Source of the DNA: Pseudogymnoascus verrucosus
Lineage: Eukaryota
Reading direction: 5' to 3' (one strand)
Assembly: GCA_001662655.1 (NCBI GenBank)
Contig: KV460225.1
Length of the DNA: 64,000 nt
The notes below the pieces were generated by a model that saw nothing but the letters and a program-made list of their open reading frames with translations, was not told where the DNA came from and did not search any database. The stretch's first letter is position 1. Each line of letters opens with the position of its first letter. A program made the position numbers and the translations under genes. Positions 61,987 through 64,000 of this stretch are shown here, piece by piece.

Positions 61987-64000
61987 GGGAGGTTGTATTG
62001 TTTGTGGGGGGAGGGGGAGTGTTGTAAAAAATGGAGAGGGGATGGATGGGTGGGATAATAGGGCGTTTAATAGGATGGATGATGTGGTTCAGTTGGTAGT
62101 TGGTATATATACATCTTTTTCCCGTGCTTCTTCTACTTATTTTCCGTATGCTGAGGTGTGTGGGATTACATTTTATCTGGGGTAGTAGTAGTAGTAGTAG
62201 TAGCTCAGGAATCAGCAAACGCGGGGAAGCGGTGAGTTAGCTGCTGCACAGCACTGCACTGGTGTATAGTACAGTAATTAGGGGAAGTTCAAAAGCATCA
62301 ACCACCCGTTCATCCCAACGCCGCATGTGACGTCCCCTGACATCTCGGCGCATCGGCTTAGGCAAAAGCGTGTTTACGGCCTCTCTGCTTGGCATCTGCA
62401 TGCCCTGCCCTGCCTGTCTTGTGGTGGTTCTCGGCTCAGTTGTAAAAAAAAACGTAACTGGATTAGGAGACACGTGATGTGTAATCTTAAAACCCCTCGT
62501 AGGAGTGGAGAAGGGGGGATAAGGAGTTTCTTGATGGGGAGGGAGGTAATTTCGGTGGGTTTATGCGGAGGTGATGTGGTGTGTTGATAGGAGTTACTGT
62601 GTGTAATGGATGAGAGGTGCACGGGGTGGGTGGTGGAATACTGGGGAGTGAGAGGGCTGTGAGAGAGGTGGTGGTGATACAGACCTCTACCCAGCTACGG
62701 CTGGAGTAAGTCAAGACGACTTCACTACGCGTGTGCACAATGATCTACCACTATAATAGCCATGTCTCTCCAACCCGTCTCTCTGGTGATACACCACTAC
62801 ACGCCACCACCACCACCCAGCTTCCAGCGATAGATCATCCTGTGTCTAGGAAGCCTAGTGTGTTTCCTCCTCGTATCTCGGACGGGCTGGACTGGTCGGT
62901 AAGATGCGCATGAGTCGGTCTAATCGGGGGAAAGGGGGAAGGGGGTTAAGTGATCGGTTCCTAGGTTAGTGGTGATCGGGTTCCTGGGCCGTTTGGGGAT
63001 GGGGTAGAGTAGAGTGCTCATGGCGGTGGTGCGTATAACGGTTACGGTGCCGTAGAGTAGTTCACGTGAAAGTTGAGGAAGTGTGTATGGGGCGCATATG
63101 GGGGAGGGTAAATGTAGTGGAGAGAGGAGGCTGGATGGTGCAGTGGACAGAGACAAAAATAGGAATAACGGGCTGGCCTGGCCGGCTGCGTTGATCGTCA
63201 TCTCGTGTCAAACGGCGTGGCGGCCGTGGCGGAAAAGAAAAGAAAAAAACTCGTCTCCCGGCTGGAAAAATATTAAATTACCGGCCGCCTCGACTGAATA
63301 GGGGATGGGATTAGCTAGAACGGGAAATTAAGAGCACAGTTTTAGTAGTGTTAGTAGCCTAGTTATCGTACTATAGTAGAATAGTAGAGTAAGAAGGGCC
63401 ATCGGATTAGACCGTCTACTACCACCACGGTGTATCTAAATGTCTTGGCCTTGGGTCTGGGAAAAAAAGTCAATTTCCGAGACAAAATGTTTCTCCCTGT
63501 TGTTGTGGGCGAGCGATTAGGTAGAGAAAAGAAGCGGGATTTCCGTGTTTTGCGGTAGGCGGGAGATGTACGATGATGTGCGGGCTGTGCTGTGTATGTG
63601 TATGTGTATGTACTGTGAGCTGGCAGACTTCATGGGATTAGAGTTTGAGATATAATAGGAGAAGTGTCACGGGTTTAGGGAGGATCTTTTTTTAAGATGG
63701 CAGGCACAAGGGGTGAGGTGAGGCTTCTCCTTTTGGATAAACACCACACACGGACACGACAGACAGACAACCGTGAAAAAGACGTTAGAATAACTGTCTA
63801 TCGACCAACTATTTAGTACTGTAGCATAGAGTGGTGTACAGCGCATTAGCCTGTCGTTTTTCTACTAGGAACAGCCCAGTACTAACTCACAGGTCCACCC
63901 GTATTTCTGGTGTCGGCCGTCTCAAACTCCTCACTTTCCTAGCCACTGCTAACTAACTCTAGTTACTAGATGGTCGTTAGTGAGGTCTAGAGTGGTGGTT

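Noticed and set aside
62000..64000. Short ORFs and TAGT-rich stretches at the right end
   Set aside because: No coding motifs, TIR/LTR or RNA-gene signature; appears intergenic

Overview
Eukaryotic DNA from a filamentous ascomycete, based on 45-100 nt GT-AG introns with CTAAC branch sites; a Leotiomycete/Pseudogymnoascus-like source is my impression, not shown. Housekeeping genes fill about 1-17.7 kb and 39.9-62 kb: an R3H/SUZ RNA-binding protein, mitoribosomal bL17, MIC12/AIM5, UTP25, eIF3f, an alpha/beta hydrolase, RPS23, TAF13, a JmjC + zf-4CXXC protein (DMM-1-like), COQ2, a But2-like secreted protein, an SDR, HEM2, NUP133 and several hypotheticals. There are two gene relics: an internally deleted CCA-adding enzyme and a truncated BTB gene. 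The middle (about 21.5-39.9 kb) is an ~18 kb desert holding one small Ecl1-family gene and many nested repeats. Top observations: (1) a regularly spaced array of about 10 hairpins at 32.2-33.3 kb whose inner stems change sequence but keep pairing; (2) a spliced 28-aa CPxCG/CxxCG microprotein gene at 8029-8168 (-) missed by the ORF track; (3) strong TACTGTA/TACAGTA enrichment upstream of the Ecl gene and a uORF in its leader; (4) a nested foldback at 51.14-51.41 kb. No tRNA, rRNA, CRISPR or intact transposase was recognised. Exon boundaries were read by eye and family names come from motif recall, not database searches.
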